Assembly (NCBI RefSeq): GCF_964355755.1
Contig: NC_092676.1
Location: forward strand, 21,842,871 to 21,906,870
Direction: 5' to 3'
Length of the DNA: 64,000 nucleotides
Origin: Antedon mediterranea
Taxonomy: Eukaryota; Animalia; Echinodermata
A program made the translations under genes and the position numbers. Positions within the stretch are counted from its first letter, which is position 1. The number at the start of each line of letters is the position of its first letter. Positions 20,301-34,041 of this stretch are shown here, piece by piece. The notes beneath the pieces were generated by a model. It did not search any database, had not been told where the DNA came from, and saw nothing but the letters and a program-made list of their open reading frames with translations.

Positions 20301-23300
20301 ACATTTGGGCACCATCAAGTATATTTTTGGTCATCTCCGTGTGACAAGTGACGTCCTTCCTCTAACTTTCACAAAATAATACCAGTAGGCATATACAACA
20401 TACCGTACCTTTTGCTGGATATCCTTGTGTAAGAGGGTCACCTCTACCTAAGTATGTTGAGCCTCGTTGACACCCTGTCCCCGGTAGAAATATTCCATCG
20501 GGGTACACCTTAGCATCGGGAACAGCGTAGTCACCAGGGTCCGAGTACAGTATCAAACCTTTTGCTCCTACCTCTGCAGCATTACGTACCTACATGGAAC
20601 AGACTCAGACCCTTTTATTTTGATTAAACATGATGGGAAATAAATAAATTACCAGACCTGAAGAAAATATGTGGTCGCTAGATTGGAGTGATGTTTCCAT
20701 TTTTTTAATGGTTTAAAATTATTAATTTATTAGGAGTAAAACAGGCATAGTAAGTAATACGTTTTCTAAGAAAGGAGGAATAAAGAATATAAAATAGAAA
20801 ACAGAACTGTGCTATTACGAGCGGTATTTTCTCTTTCTTTTAGGCGAAACAAAATGAATAATTTACTAGAATAGAAACAGATTTGGTGTTACTTACTTTG
20901 TCACCTCTGTAGATTTTACCGTACCTTGCAATCACAATCTTGTCAGTAATGTTTAAAGATAAGTTTCGCGTCAGAAAGTGGAAGTCTTCAACGCGAGCGT
21001 AATTGGCGTACACCAGTTTACCCTAAAAATAAGAACAGTTTTTATTTATACTATAACTTAATAATATTAATACATTTTATTGCTATCCACGTTTGTCTTT
21101 ATCTTTAAGTGCGCAAAATAGCTTGCTTGCCTCCAGGAAAATTTGGAAAACGGCGTGAGGGTATGTGGCTATTGATATTTTTCTAGTTGAGAAGAGTTTT
21201 CCTTTTGACTTAAGTCATTTATAAATTGTTTTTTTTTCTGTTTTTTGTTGTTTTTGTTTTGTACGAAAGCCCATTAATGCCATTTGAAGTATATGTTTTT
21301 CGAACGTAATCCGTTCTAACGAATTAGTAATTCGTTTGAACGGATTAATAATCTGTTCAAACGAATTAGTAATCCGTTCAAACGAATTGCAACATATACA
21401 ACAAGTGCCATTTAAAGTATATGTTGTAATTCGTTTAAACGGATTACTAATCCGTTCAAACGAATTACTAATTTGTTTAAACGGATTACTAATTTGTTCA
21501 AACGAATTACTAATTCGTTCAAACGAATTAATAATTTGTTTAAACGGATTACTAATTCGTTCAAACGAATTAGTAATCCGTTTAAACAAATTAGTAATTT
21601 GTTTAAACAAATTAATAATTTGTTTAAACAAATTAATAATTTGTTTAAACAAATTAATAATTTGTTTAAACGGATTACTAATCTGTTTGAACGAATTAGT
21701 AATTCGTTTGAACGAATTAGTAATCCGTTTAAACAAATTAGTAATTTGTTTAAACAAATTAATAATTTGTTTAAACGGATTACTAATTCGTTTAAACGAA
21801 TTAGTAATTCGTTTAAACAGATTAGTAATCCGTTTAAACAAATTACTAATCCGTTTGGACGGATTCCTAATTCGTTTGAACAGATTATTAATCTGTTTAA
21901 ACAAATTAGTAATTCGTTTGAACGGATTAGTAATCTGTTCAAACGAATTAGTAATCCGTTCAAACCAATTGCAACATATACAACAAGTGCCATTTAAAGA
22001 ATATGTTGTAATTCGTTTGAACGGATTACTAATCTGTTCAAACGAATTACTAATTTGTTTAAACAGATTAATAATCTGTTAAAACGAATTAGGAATCCGT
22101 TCAAACGGATTAGTAATTTGTTTAAACGGATTACTAATTTGTTCAAACGAATTACTAATTCGTTCTAACGAATTAGTAATCCGTTTGAACAAATTATTAA
22201 TTTGTTTAAACAAATTAATAATTTGTTTAAACGGATTACTAATTCGTTCAAACGAATTACTAATTTGTTCAAACAGATTAATAATCCGTTTAAACAAATT
22301 ATTAATTTGTTTAAACAAATTACTAATTCGTTTAAACGGATTACTAATTCGTTTGAACGAATTAGTAATTCGTTTGAACGGATTACTAATCCGTTTAAAC
22401 AAATTAGTAATTCGTTTGAACGAATTAGTAATCCGTTTAAACAAATTAGTAATTCGTTTGAACGGATTAGTAATCCGTTTGAACAAATTAGTAATCCGTT
22501 TAAACAAATTAGTAATTTGTTTGAACGGATTAGTAATCCGTTCAAACGAATTACAACATATACTTTAAATGGCACTTGTTGTATATGTTGCAATTCGTTT
22601 GAACGGATTACTAATTCGTTTGAACAGATTATTAATCCGTTCAAACGAATTACTAATTCGTTAGAACGGATTACGTTCGAAAAACATATACTTAAAATGG
22701 CATTAATGGGCTTTCGTAGTTTTGTTTTGCACTTTGAGACGATACTATTGTGTGAATAGCATGAACAGTAGAGCATGTACATAACTGTTTCTAAAAGCAC
22801 GGACCTATACATTGTTGGTTCATGATATTCAAGATTAAGAATAAAATTTAAGATAAAATTGAAATAAAATCTACTGTACAGAAACTCCAAATTGTGCTGA
22901 CAATAAGATGAATTAATCTGTCAAATATAAATCAGTGTAAAAGGGAAACCGAACCCACATTAAAAACTAATTAATTTTAATTTTAGATAATATAAATAAA
23001 TATTAATATAATATAAGTATATATGTGCCTAAACTTGTTTTCGGTTGATGGTTAATCTTTTAGTAAGTATAAGTTTAAAAAAAGCAGTTTTAATAATGTC
23101 AACCATAGGAAAACTGTTATTAAAATACGATGTAAAAACATGACTAACAGTAACGATCCCCGCTGGTGAATATGCATTGAATGGAGGAAGCAGGTCATCC
23201 CGTTCAAGTGCTGTTTCACCAAGAGAGTCTTCTTTCAACTGCGATGTGAATATAACATTCCCGGTTTCACTCAGTAATTCAATCTAAAAAAAAATTGTCG

Positions 23301-26300
23301 AGTTTAACATGTCTTAAATTGATAAAGTTAGGTTACCACTCGGATGTGCAGTAAGGATATGACCATAATCACAAGCGACAGCGATTATCACTACTTACAA
23401 GTTACTTAACTAAATTATTTGTTTATTGTAGGCCTATCGACTTCCATGATCAGCTTCTGATAATCTTTGTTTGAATATCCAAACTATAAAGCACTTCAGT
23501 CTATTTCTAATTTCATCCAGTCGTAAATATTACCAAAAAGATTTTAGGTAAAAGAATAGCCGCGGCGGACCTGTGCTAAGTTAGATGTTATGTCATACAA
23601 CATCATAATATCATTATTTTGCCTTTCACACTAACTCTGTTTTCTTCGCCTTTGATTTCAGACGGGAAAGAAAGAAGCACTTCGTAGCTCAGTATATCAG
23701 CACTAGTCATTCCCCAATCCTTGAATCTTTCTTGCATCCATTCTGCCAGTTCTTTGCTGTATTTTCTTCCAGCTACGTGTGGATTTTCGGTCAAATGCCT
23801 ACCGGTATTTAAAAAAAAAAAAATTATATATATAATATGTAATATTTTGAAACGATAAAGATGAGGAAATCTGTGAGAATGAGAAACGCCCCAACCGAGT
23901 TTCAAACCCGGAACATTCAGCTTGATATGCAGATGTCCTAACCATTAGATCATGGTAGTATTTCCTCATATTTATCGTTTCAAATTAATTAATTTCTGTA
24001 TATCACCGAGCGGTTTTGAATTTATTCTGTGCCTGTGATGTTTCTAAGCGAGTTAGTTATATATAAATAACTTGGCGTTATAACTTCTGAAGGAAAAGTT
24101 AACTAAGTTCCAAGTTATACCCTTTCAGACCACCGGGAAACTTTTGGAGATAATCCGGAATTGTGTAACCGGTGTCGTACCCATATGCAAAAATATGGAA
24201 ACGTAGGCGCTGTAAACGACGTAAATAAGGTGTGATATAGTCATGCACATACGTAAAATATATTCCTTGCATTAGCAATGAAATTATGGAAATGAATTTA
24301 CGGTTCGAATGTCTCATTCAGATACCATTTAATTTCTCCTTTTCTCACATTTGACCTTTGTAACAAAAAACAATCTTTCAATGAATGCAAAGTTCATCTC
24401 TTTATGGCTTTATGTATGTTTACATTATTAAGTAATTTTATAATATCGTAAATTCCATAACAGTATAAACATTATACGACTTGTAGTTTTATAGTTTCTC
24501 TTATAGTTTTTTCTTAGGTATCAGACCTAAATATTATAATGTATATTAATTTTAATAATCTAAAACTTTCTTTTTCTTTTTTTTACTTACGTTTACAAAA
24601 GTTTCAATAATCTTTAATACTTCAGATCGGTTTATTAAATAGAATAATTGACAATCTGTTTTTATTTCAATTTACTAGACATTGCAAAGTGGAAGTGAGT
24701 GCTGCAAACAGATATAACGCCTAGCACGATTTAAGCAAAAATAAGTTTGTAATGTAGGCTACTTAAGCCTATGGTATGGTATCATCACAAAACAAGTGAA
24801 ATAATGTGTAATAAAAAGGTTATACTGTAGGACAGTAGAATAACTTAGAGTAACTTAGAAATAATTGTATTACGGTACGTGTGTTTATTTGTTTTACATT
24901 TTTTAAAGGATTGCCATGAGATACGGTAAGTTTTGAAAGTTTTTTTTTCTATCCTAGAAACAGAACATACCGTTTTAATCTTAGTTAAAATGTAACACTA
25001 CACATTCCAAAAACCAATGCAAAATTAATTTATATAATATAAAAAACACATTATGCCGTATTGCAAAACATATTATAGGAAACGATTTCGGATCTATAGT
25101 CGAATGGGAGTTCTTACATCAACATAGAAGCACAATAGACACAATATTTTTATTACAAAATACTTTAAAAACTCATGGCTTATTATACAAAATGAAAAAA
25201 TTTCTAAAATGGATTGTGAGACACATTTTGAAATTGCAAGAAATATTATTTTACTCAACGTTAGAAATATGAAAATACATTTAAATACAAACATCATAAT
25301 TAGGCTATTTCATTATTAAAAATATTTCGTATTTTTTGTTGTGTGTTTTGTCTGTACTGTGTCTCCTTCGTTATGTTAGAAATTGGAAGAAACAGTAAAC
25401 GTTAGATGTTTTACCAAATGCTAAATTATAGACCTACTTGTGCTAATAGTATAAAACTCTGTCTACACTATTTAAACTTTATGTGACAAACACGTGTGAT
25501 GTACCCAAATATAGACACGATGATGTCATATCCCTACCATATTTGGGTACATGACACTTTTTTTGCCAAACTAGATTAATAGTGTAGACAGAGCTTTAAA
25601 CAAAGATATCTCATGACATATAAATTTCTTTACGATTGCTAAACGTTTGTCCCCATTTTGTTCTAAAGTGTTCTTAAAAGCCTATTCCAATCTACTGAAT
25701 GCTGTAACGACATCCTTCCAATTAAGGCTATAATTGGAAATTACAAATTAGATACTATAAGTAGAACTAAGTAAAAAATATCGTAAACACATTATTATTA
25801 TCAACTATTATAATTAATAAACAAAATATAATTGAGAAAAAGAACAAAGAATTAAGAAGTGGACATCCTATTGAATTAGTAGCAAATAAAGACATTTCGG
25901 AAATTAGATTAATACGTACAACCAAGGTCATGATTTGCTTCTGCAAATTGATCTTATTCTGCTAGCAGGACTTAATTAAAACTTGAAAATGCAAGTAATA
26001 TAATTAAATAATCATTTTATATTGTACTGTTCCTAATTTATTCTATATGTTTATTTCTTGTAGTTTTGTATTTTTAGGAGGTGTCAGTGGGTTTCCTGCT
26101 ACTGTAGTAATAATTATCAATGGTATTGTAGTTACTGTAGTCGAATTGTTTTGACATGTTGACCTACATCGAATTGTTGTTTACTATAACCATGGAGAAA
26201 TAAGTTAGGAACCTAACTTATTTCTCCATGCTATAACTATCATGTTCTTTTTGTATATTTTTAATGGATGCACCTTCCAATTGGCCAAGTGTCACTGTTG

Positions 26301-27843
26301 TAAAAGTGTAAACTCCAAATAAATTATTTATTTATTTATGAGGTATGAACCATTTTTAACAAGTTGTCAACTCTTTCATATAATAGCTTAACAACGTTGT
26401 CTCACATAACTGTACGTCTGTAGAAGATGAGATTACTTTTAAAATGTCTCAAACATTAAGCGATCTATTAAATCGGTGGTCTGTTCTAGCTTTGCTATCT
26501 CTAGCTAAAAGTACAGTGTTTTTAAATTCAAGTTTCTTAGGCATGTAGACTAATCAAAAATTATTATCAGATAATTTGCTTATTTTGTTAGTAATGGTTT
26601 ATATTATGAACATTTAGTTCCGCTACTGTCGTTTGGAAAAGACAGAAAAGATTGACTTGTTTAATCAATTTGTGGTAAATGTTTACTTGGTATACACCCT
26701 ACCGTAAATCAAACATATTTAGGAATTAGTAAACAAGAACGTATTTTGTCACTATGAATGAATTGGGCATATATACTTTATTGCACCATGAACTTTGCCT
26801 GAAATCTCTAACAAGAAAGGAGTGATGTAGAATAAACATTGCCTGCGTGGTCCTCGCGTGTTACACAGTGCTGTAAAATAAATAGTACTCGCATGTTCAT
26901 CAAATGTTCTAGTACAATTTTTAGGAAACTCTGTCCGTGCTTGAATTTAATGTGTGTTATAATTTGTGTACAATAACACGTTGGGCACTTTTGAGTTAGT
27001 GAACTCGAGCCTACCATTGTTAACAATATTTCTCTTAGTTACGAAGAAAAATCAAATCGATGTTTTTAGTATTATCCTTTACTATGTATTCTCTATAATG
27101 TGGATTTTCTAATTACTTGTAAGAATTGTTATTGTAGGCCTATTGGAACTTGTTTGTGAGGTTAAATTACCTTTGTTGTATTTATAAAGTAGATTTGTGT
27201 GTATATTTTGCTACAAAAGTTGTCTTACAACTATAACTGTTATACATGTTTCTTGTCGAAAATTCACAAGTTGAAGTTTGCATATTGATTACCTAAGAAT
27301 ACATATCGATCGATTGATTAAAACAATCTAGTATAAAAGTATATAGGCCTATTTTGTTATTTACAGAAACTGATAACACATTTTACAAAAACGGTGCTTG
27401 TTTGGCTAATCTAAACTTGATAGATAAGTTTTATTATCATTATTGCTGGCACAATACAAGCCTATCTATTGCTTGAATTAACATGTATACCATACAAAAA
27501 TATTTCACGTACCTTAGATGACGGACCATATACATTCATAATTGTGTGAACTATACTATACGTAACTACTTATAACAACAAGCAATTCAATAAATCGTTC
27601 ATTTTTCCAGATTTTTTTTACTTACTTCAGATTTTCTCTAATGTTGTAAGACTCCATAGTTTCCATCAACTTTTTGCTGATGCTGGAATCAGCTTCTCGG
27701 ATTGATCTTTCATAGGCTGCATTCGTTTCCGGATCCGAATCATTAATCGCAAGAGCACCGATTAAAATTCCAATAACAAATCCGCAAATTATACCAAGAA
27801 TCACAGCAATGACTAAATGCGTACGACTTGACTGGCCAGCCAT
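14347..27843 (-). CDS. Glutamate carboxypeptidase II / NAALADase family (peptidase M28B) type II membrane metallopeptidase, ~18 exons
   Basis: Exon 1 27626-27843 (MAGQSSRTH + TM helix). Further exons near 23630-23800, 23150-23283, 20898-21022, 20410-20589, 20051-20147, 19778-19875, 19369-19454, 18936-19055, 18699-18781, 18307-18370, 17757-17824, 17277-17360, 16619-16708, 16030-16287, 15781-15863, 15001-15092 and 14347-14543. Motifs: [96 protein letters not shown]. The Zn ligands and catalytic Glu are intact. Confidence 0.92.
14545..14890 (-). mobile_element. 3' fragment of a LINE/SINE in the last GCPII intron
   Basis: ataataatagatagatagatttatatagcgc microsatellite-type tail typical of L2-related 3' ends. 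Confidence 0.4.
21262..22718. mobile_element. 1457-bp foldback non-autonomous DNA transposon filled with 21-bp palindromic repeats (TAC..GTA ends, 6-bp TSD; IS3EU-like)
   Basis: TACGAAAGCCCATTAATGCCATTT ... AAATGGCATTAATGGGCTTTCGTA termini flanked by gttttg (21256-21261, 22719-22724). The interior is an array of TTCGTTTAAACGAA+TTAGTAA-type units. Confidence 0.85.
23886..23959 (-). mobile_element. tRNA-derived SINE head (degenerate)
   Basis: Minus strand reads ACTACCATGATCTAATGGTTAGGACATCTGCATATCAAGCTGAATGTTCCGGGTTTGAAACTCGG, with A-box-like and B-box-like motifs but no clean cloverleaf. Confidence 0.5.
25453..25598. mobile_element. Short MITE (ctctgtctacacta family)
   Basis: ctctgtctacactat ... 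tagtgtagacagag inverted ends. Other copies lie at ~63112-63295 and ~62910-63040. Confidence 0.65.
26191..26230. mobile_element. 40-bp perfect hairpin with 7-bp TSD (P-element-type remnant)
   Basis: ctataac|CATGGAGAAATAAGTTAGG-aa-CCTAACTTATTTCTCCATG|ctataac. Confidence 0.7.
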
Positions 27844-28572
27844 CTTGCTTAACGAAACTTCACAAAGTGTATGCGTATCATTAAAGGAAGCAGCAGAGTT
27901 AATATGAAGCAAAGAAACTGAACTTTGACCAAGATGTTAATTAAGTCAAGAATTTCAGTGCGCCCTCAAGTTGTAACATTTGGTTATTTGTATTTATTTA
28001 CAAGGCGTATCACATTTTCTTAAATTATTCCTGAAGTTTCACATTATAGGCCTACACGTTTCTGTTTCGCATACAAACACGTGACCGGTAACACTACCCA
28101 ATAGTATGACAAAAGCATATAGGAAATTATTTGTTATTCTTCTTTGAATTAACTAATTAAAATATTCACGAACATGCGCAAACGAATTAAACTATCGTTA
28201 GCATGGAAACATTTAAAAAAAATCAAATATTGAGGGAGCTATTAAAAATAAGCCGGCGGTACATTTGAACAAAGTGCAACTTTGCAGTGCAGAAACGTGG
28301 TTGCTTGACTACGCCTAGAATAAAATCAATGTACGATAACTTTAAAAAACTTCTTGAATTTCGTCAATTTGACATACCATTTTTAATGAACTACTTTCAA
28401 TATTATTATTCAGGGTCTATGTTTATATCAGAAATTAAATAAATAATAATAATAAAAATATACATCATAAGCATTCTTGATTCAATGTGATATAAGAGAT
28501 AAAAACTAAATTTATGTTGGACTTACGAGTATGTGCTGATGTTCGTCAAATGTAAACACATTTATGTATGAC

Positions 28573-28601
28573 CAGAGAAGAGTGAATTTCACTCTTCCCT
28601 G
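28573..28601. mobile_element. 29-bp hairpin with 7-bp TSD (P-element-type remnant)
   Basis: gtatgac|CAGAGAAGAGTGAA-t-TTCACTCTTCCCTG|gtatgac. Confidence 0.65.
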
Positions 28602-29189
28602 GTATGACGTATCGTGTTTTTGTTATCGTATCCGTAAGTTTTCGAAAAACTAATCCAAATGGACATGCTGCAGCAACATCCACCACACAAAACACGTTCA
28701 CAGCCATGTAACGTTTGATATAGTTATTACTTGTTTACTTCCTTCGCTATGGCAGGATTTGTATATTATTGGAAACAGCAATAATGAAATCAAATTAACA
28801 AATATTCGCTATTATAAAAGGGAACGGATAAATGCTGTTTCAAGGGTCAGTATAACAATCTATACGGGTTTGTTTTCCATACCAGAGTCCCGCAATTCGA
28901 TTCATCGGCTGCACTTGTTTAAATTACGTCTGTTCTGTAAAACTAACTGTGCATCACTCGTTTTAACTTGCAAAAATATAACGATTTATTGTTCGAGTCA
29001 CTTGTGTTTCATATTTAGATCTTCATTTTAATTATACTCTTCTATTATAAACTGATTGGCTAATACGATAAAAGTTGTCAGCCAATGATATATAATATAA
29101 AGTAACAATACCAACAATAACTAAGACCTGTTACCATTAATCTACCACACCTATTACCCGTCATAATAAAGTAGACCACTGCGATTTTA

Positions 29190-29312
<123 letters not shown>

Positions 29313-32149
29313 TTAAGTTTAAAAAATAATGAATTGTTCTCTAATACATAGTAAATTGTTCTAGATACGGACTAAGTGATAGCATAGCACACTTAGACTT
29401 GTATCTATAATCAGTCACAATCTACCTTTTCACAACTGCAGCATTATTATATTAGTATGTGTTCATGTATCGAATGGTAAAATTGTGTTATGAATTGATT
29501 GAATACGGTAACGACCCATGGCGTCTGTGGCACCATTACAACTGTAAGAGACCCTTTAAAATAACGATCGTATCAACTCTCTTTGATTTTTTTAATGAAT
29601 TAAATTGCGCTTTCAAATTTGTATTGTAATTTTAGATGAGTTTTTTAAATAAATTGAAATGGAAAGCAATACAAAGTATTGATTGATTGATTGATTCTTT
29701 TTTTTATTAATACAGTGTTGCTAGTAGCCGGTTCATTTCACCGTTGTAAGATTGGATACATTGTTACATCCAATTGTTGTATAGTATAGTAGCACATTTT
29801 AGGATAGTACAGTAATAGACTACTCATTAGACATAGTTTTATTAATTCCATCGAAAACCAACACAAATCTGTTATGGAAGAATTTAATTCAAATACCTTT
29901 TCGCAATAGTTTGAATGGAATCGCTTCTCGTATTTTATCTGGAACCGAATTCTTTGGTAACTTTCCGTCAAACTTGTTCTTCATTCTTGAAAAATCAGCA
30001 ATGTTTACGAGTTTATCTAAAGTCTCTGTGGATGTCGGTTGTCCTAAGAAAGTTGCAAGTTCATCAATAACAGATCGAATATTCTACAAAAAGGGTTACA
30101 GATCATTATATGCTCGGAAATACTAAGCCTATTTATGTTATAATGTTGTTGGATATTGGTCAATAGTCAGCACGAAATGAGAAGGAAATTTAAGACTGTT
30201 ATCTCGCTTTCGAGACACATTCGACGATGATCAACATCCTCCTAGACACGCGGATTTCTGCGTTAGTAAAGTTAGGTTTTACAGTAGAAGAAAGAACATC
30301 ATAAGAAGGAAATGAAAACATGCAAAACTTTACTTTGTCATGATTGGTCATTTATTATTGTTTTTTATTTAAATCGACAAAATGCAGTTAAAAAAATCAT
30401 TAAATCGACAAAATTCAGTCCAGATAATGGGCTTATACGCAAGCGTATGATAAAATAAAGGAGGAAAAATAAATTGCTCATCCTTATACCACTTGTTAAT
30501 TTAAACAGTGTGGTGGTTAGGTCACGGCGAATGCGATTATGGCGATAATTAGTTGTTGATTGATGCCGATATTACGTCATTATTTTTAAAACTCTAGCAT
30601 TACGATTACGCATGCAGAAATATGTTATGTTGAAACCCCACCATGTACTGTAATCACACTTCCAGTGTTCACACTTACCAGTTTCATATCCTCGTAAGTT
30701 GTAAAGTAAAAGTTATTTTCATTCCTGTGTTTCCAGTAGTTTAAGTTAAAATTAAACCAAGATCGACCAGGCACTGTAAAAACATTATATATATGTTTTT
30801 AAAGGCATGCATACTAAGGTGATGTTTGCAAAATGTGGAATGATAAGAAATTGTAATTATAGATAATTCCTTAATGGTATTTTTCATTTAAAGTGAAAGA
30901 AAACTAACGGAATATATATGCCATTTTTTGCTGAGAAATTAATTAATTATTATTTTTATTTAAAATATATTGGATCTAATTTAAAAAGTTTGATATAAAA
31001 GTTATGTCATCCAAGATATTTATCTGTTGTTGCTTGTTTAATTTAGTCGTTGTTTTTTAGTAACAGGGATTAAGTTAGTTATTTATTTACACAGGTACGT
31101 TGGCTTTGGTACATTTACGTTGGTGTGTAACTAAACCAGAAATTGCCCAAATCGTACATTAAAGAAAAAACAGTAAAAATGTCTTACTCCCCGAGTTAAA
31201 GAAAGAAGAATTATTTACTTACTATTTTCAGACATGAAACATCGCAAGAAATTGTCCCAAGTTTCAAATTCTTCGGAATGCCGGAAAGGTTGTGCAAAAT
31301 GAAAATACGAAACCGCAGAATCTTTTGGATTTCTAACCAGAAATACAATCTGAGATAGACAAGGTAATCATATTAAATGTTGCTTTAAACTAAAGCGTTG
31401 AATCTTTTAGCAAGCTAGTATCTTCAAAATTACTGAATAATGACACTGCTGAGTATCACTAGCTGGATCTCAATGGAGATAAACAAATAAACTAATTAAG
31501 CAAAAAGCTAAATGCAAAACAGCCAGAAAAATATGCAGAGCTTTCGGGTAGTACTAGCCCTTCATCACTGTTGTGCTAGGTAGGTGTATATGTTTTTTTA
31601 AAGTAGTTACCCAGTATTATAATTTATAAACATTTCCAGTCTGTTGATGAATGATGTTAATGAAAATGTGTTACTAAAAATAAGTACCTTTGCTTTTCCG
31701 TTTAATGCAGCTTTAGGTAAGAGTTCTTCGTGAATATGCGTCACAATTACGCGTTGATGGTCACGTGATGTCTGTTCACATTTATTTATTATGTCCAAAT
31801 ATTCCAATGGTATCAGATGAATTCCAAAAATCCTTTCTGCTTTTTCGTAATCGCCATTTGCTAAAATGCTTTTTACAATCTCTGCCATCCAATGACTTCC
31901 TGTTTTAAAAAAATTAACATGTAGGCTAGAAAAATTTGACAGTAAATGTTGACAAAAAAACACAACATCGAATTACTAATTTATTAATTGCATCAAGGTC
32001 TTCCTTGATTGCATTACATCTTAGAAAAAATTCCGCCCCTACGTGATCAGAAATATTTCTGAATTGTTGACTGTTGTTGGAAGTAAGACAACTATGAGTC
32101 ACTCCACTTTTGATCTTGCAATTCTATGGAAAACATGCTTATCTTTTAA

Positions 32150-32720
32150 TTTGTAATAACTTGAAAACATGATTTTGACTGCAATCACACATAAGAATAT
32201 GACCAAGATATGTACCTTTCTCAACCTAAACATGTGTTTTACCAAAAAGTTTAGTAATGGAATTACCTTCACAAACACTTACCAGTTGTTGGAGACCATC
32301 AACTGAGGGAGCAAGTAAAACAAGGTCATCCACATAACTAAGATGAATTCAAAATAATACATTGACAACCCTGTTTCAATCCATTTAGTCTAGAGTTAAG
32401 AGTACTAACATATGTAGAGGGGACATAACCCTACACTGGCAAATTCTATACTGTAAATGGATTTGAAACAGAGACCCCCAACGTATCACAAAACTCTGTT
32501 TCTCATACCAACATTTGAGCAATTTGACAATACAAAGATTCATACCACTATTAATGAGCTTACTATAAAGAGCCTTGTGATTGACCCAATCAAAAGCCTT
32601 ACTGGCATCTAGAAAGCAGGCAAAAACTGGCCGACTACCATTTCTATTTTAGTAGTCAATGAAATGTTTTAACAAGTATCAGTCGAGTGTTTTGCTTTAA
32701 ATGCAAATTAAAAGGCCTAT
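32150..32720 (-). mobile_element. Old degenerate non-LTR retrotransposon reverse transcriptase fragment
   Basis: Minus-strand translation gives ACFLDASKAFDWVNH (~32580-32622) and YVDDLVLLAPSVDGLQ (~32289-32336), broken by stops and frameshifts. Confidence 0.7.
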
Positions 32721-34041
32721 AATAAAATAAATTGATATAAAAGGGTGCAAAAAGGGAAAAGAAAGTGATTCCAGAAGAATACAATTCCATTGGAGAAGAC
32801 ATTGGAGGAACTAAAAGATAACGTATCCAGAGCAGACTGAAGAACAGAAGTCGAAAAACAGAAGACGGAAGAAAATAGGAATGTGTAGAACATAAAGAAA
32901 AAAAGAATGTTATCTCATGACTGCAACAGTATCATAAAGTATTGTTTTTTTTTTTCGTATTTATTTGTGTCTTTTTTTTTTGTTAACTATGTAATGAATG
33001 TTATTTCCCTTTAAAAAAAAAAATTATTTCTATACATAATGTTGTTCCTGATTGTGATGGCTTCTATTTCCTTATATAAATAGCCTATACAGTTTTACGC
33101 ACAAACAAGATCCTATGTAGTTTTACTTTCTTTATTCAATATCCATTCATCTCACATGTTTTCTCCCATCCCATAATATAGTATTTCCAGGAACCTCCCG
33201 ACTTTTGCCCAATTTATAATTGCGGCCGGCATTACACTCTGATCATGACTACAATTAGTACACTATATATTGTCGGAGGCCTCACACTTGGTCCTAGACG
33301 CAACTACTTCAGGGTTGCTTCACATACATCTCTTTCGTAATTCGCATTCTTTGTTCTTGCAATTGTTGAATATATATGTGAACTTTATTCAATCAATCGT
33401 ACATTTGTTATAATGGTAACCACAATAAGATATAATATTACAGTAGATTTTTACAAAAAAACAAGACCAATATAGATATTAATTATAAAATATATACAAT
33501 GATTATTTACAGTAATGATAATAATAAAAAGTATTTGTTTATATTGAATATTATTGGAAACCGAAGTTGAATAATAAAATACTGGAAAGTTTAATTAGAA
33601 GTTTACAATCAATGGAAAGGATGAAAACATATAATATTGTAAGTATTAAAAGTAGCAGTGTTTAGGGAGATTACTGTATATTGGCAACGGCCTACAGTTG
33701 AACATGGTTTTAAACAAAAGTTATATATTGATTGATTGAATCGGGCATCACTATGAGCAAAGCTTTAAAATGTGATGTCCTATGTAACAATTAAAAATTG
33801 GAAAAAATAAATAAATAAATAAATTACAATAGAAACAATAACAATTAGTAAATATATATGTAAACAATAGAGACAATAAGCAATAATCATAAATGACAGT
33901 TGAATAATAAAAAAAATATATATATTATTATATATGTAATAACAATTTCAAAAATATGACCAGAATAGATCATTCATAAAAAAAAAGAAAAAAAAAAGAA
34001 ATCGATAATGAAAAATATTTTGTTCCTAATACGTTGTGATT

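Noticed and set aside
21390-22593. CRISPR-like appearance (regular palindromic repeats with interruptions)
   Set aside because: There are no unique spacers and no cas genes, and the context is a eukaryotic intron
21215-22890. Eight overlapping heptad-repeat ORFs (FKRITNL / IRLNELV) suggesting a coiled-coil or LRR gene
   Set aside because: They are by-products of a palindromic 21-bp array inside a TIR/TSD-bounded intronic element, open on both strands with no splice support
23886-23959. Possible tRNA gene
   Set aside because: The stems are degenerate and the T-loop reads TTTGAAA; better explained as a SINE head
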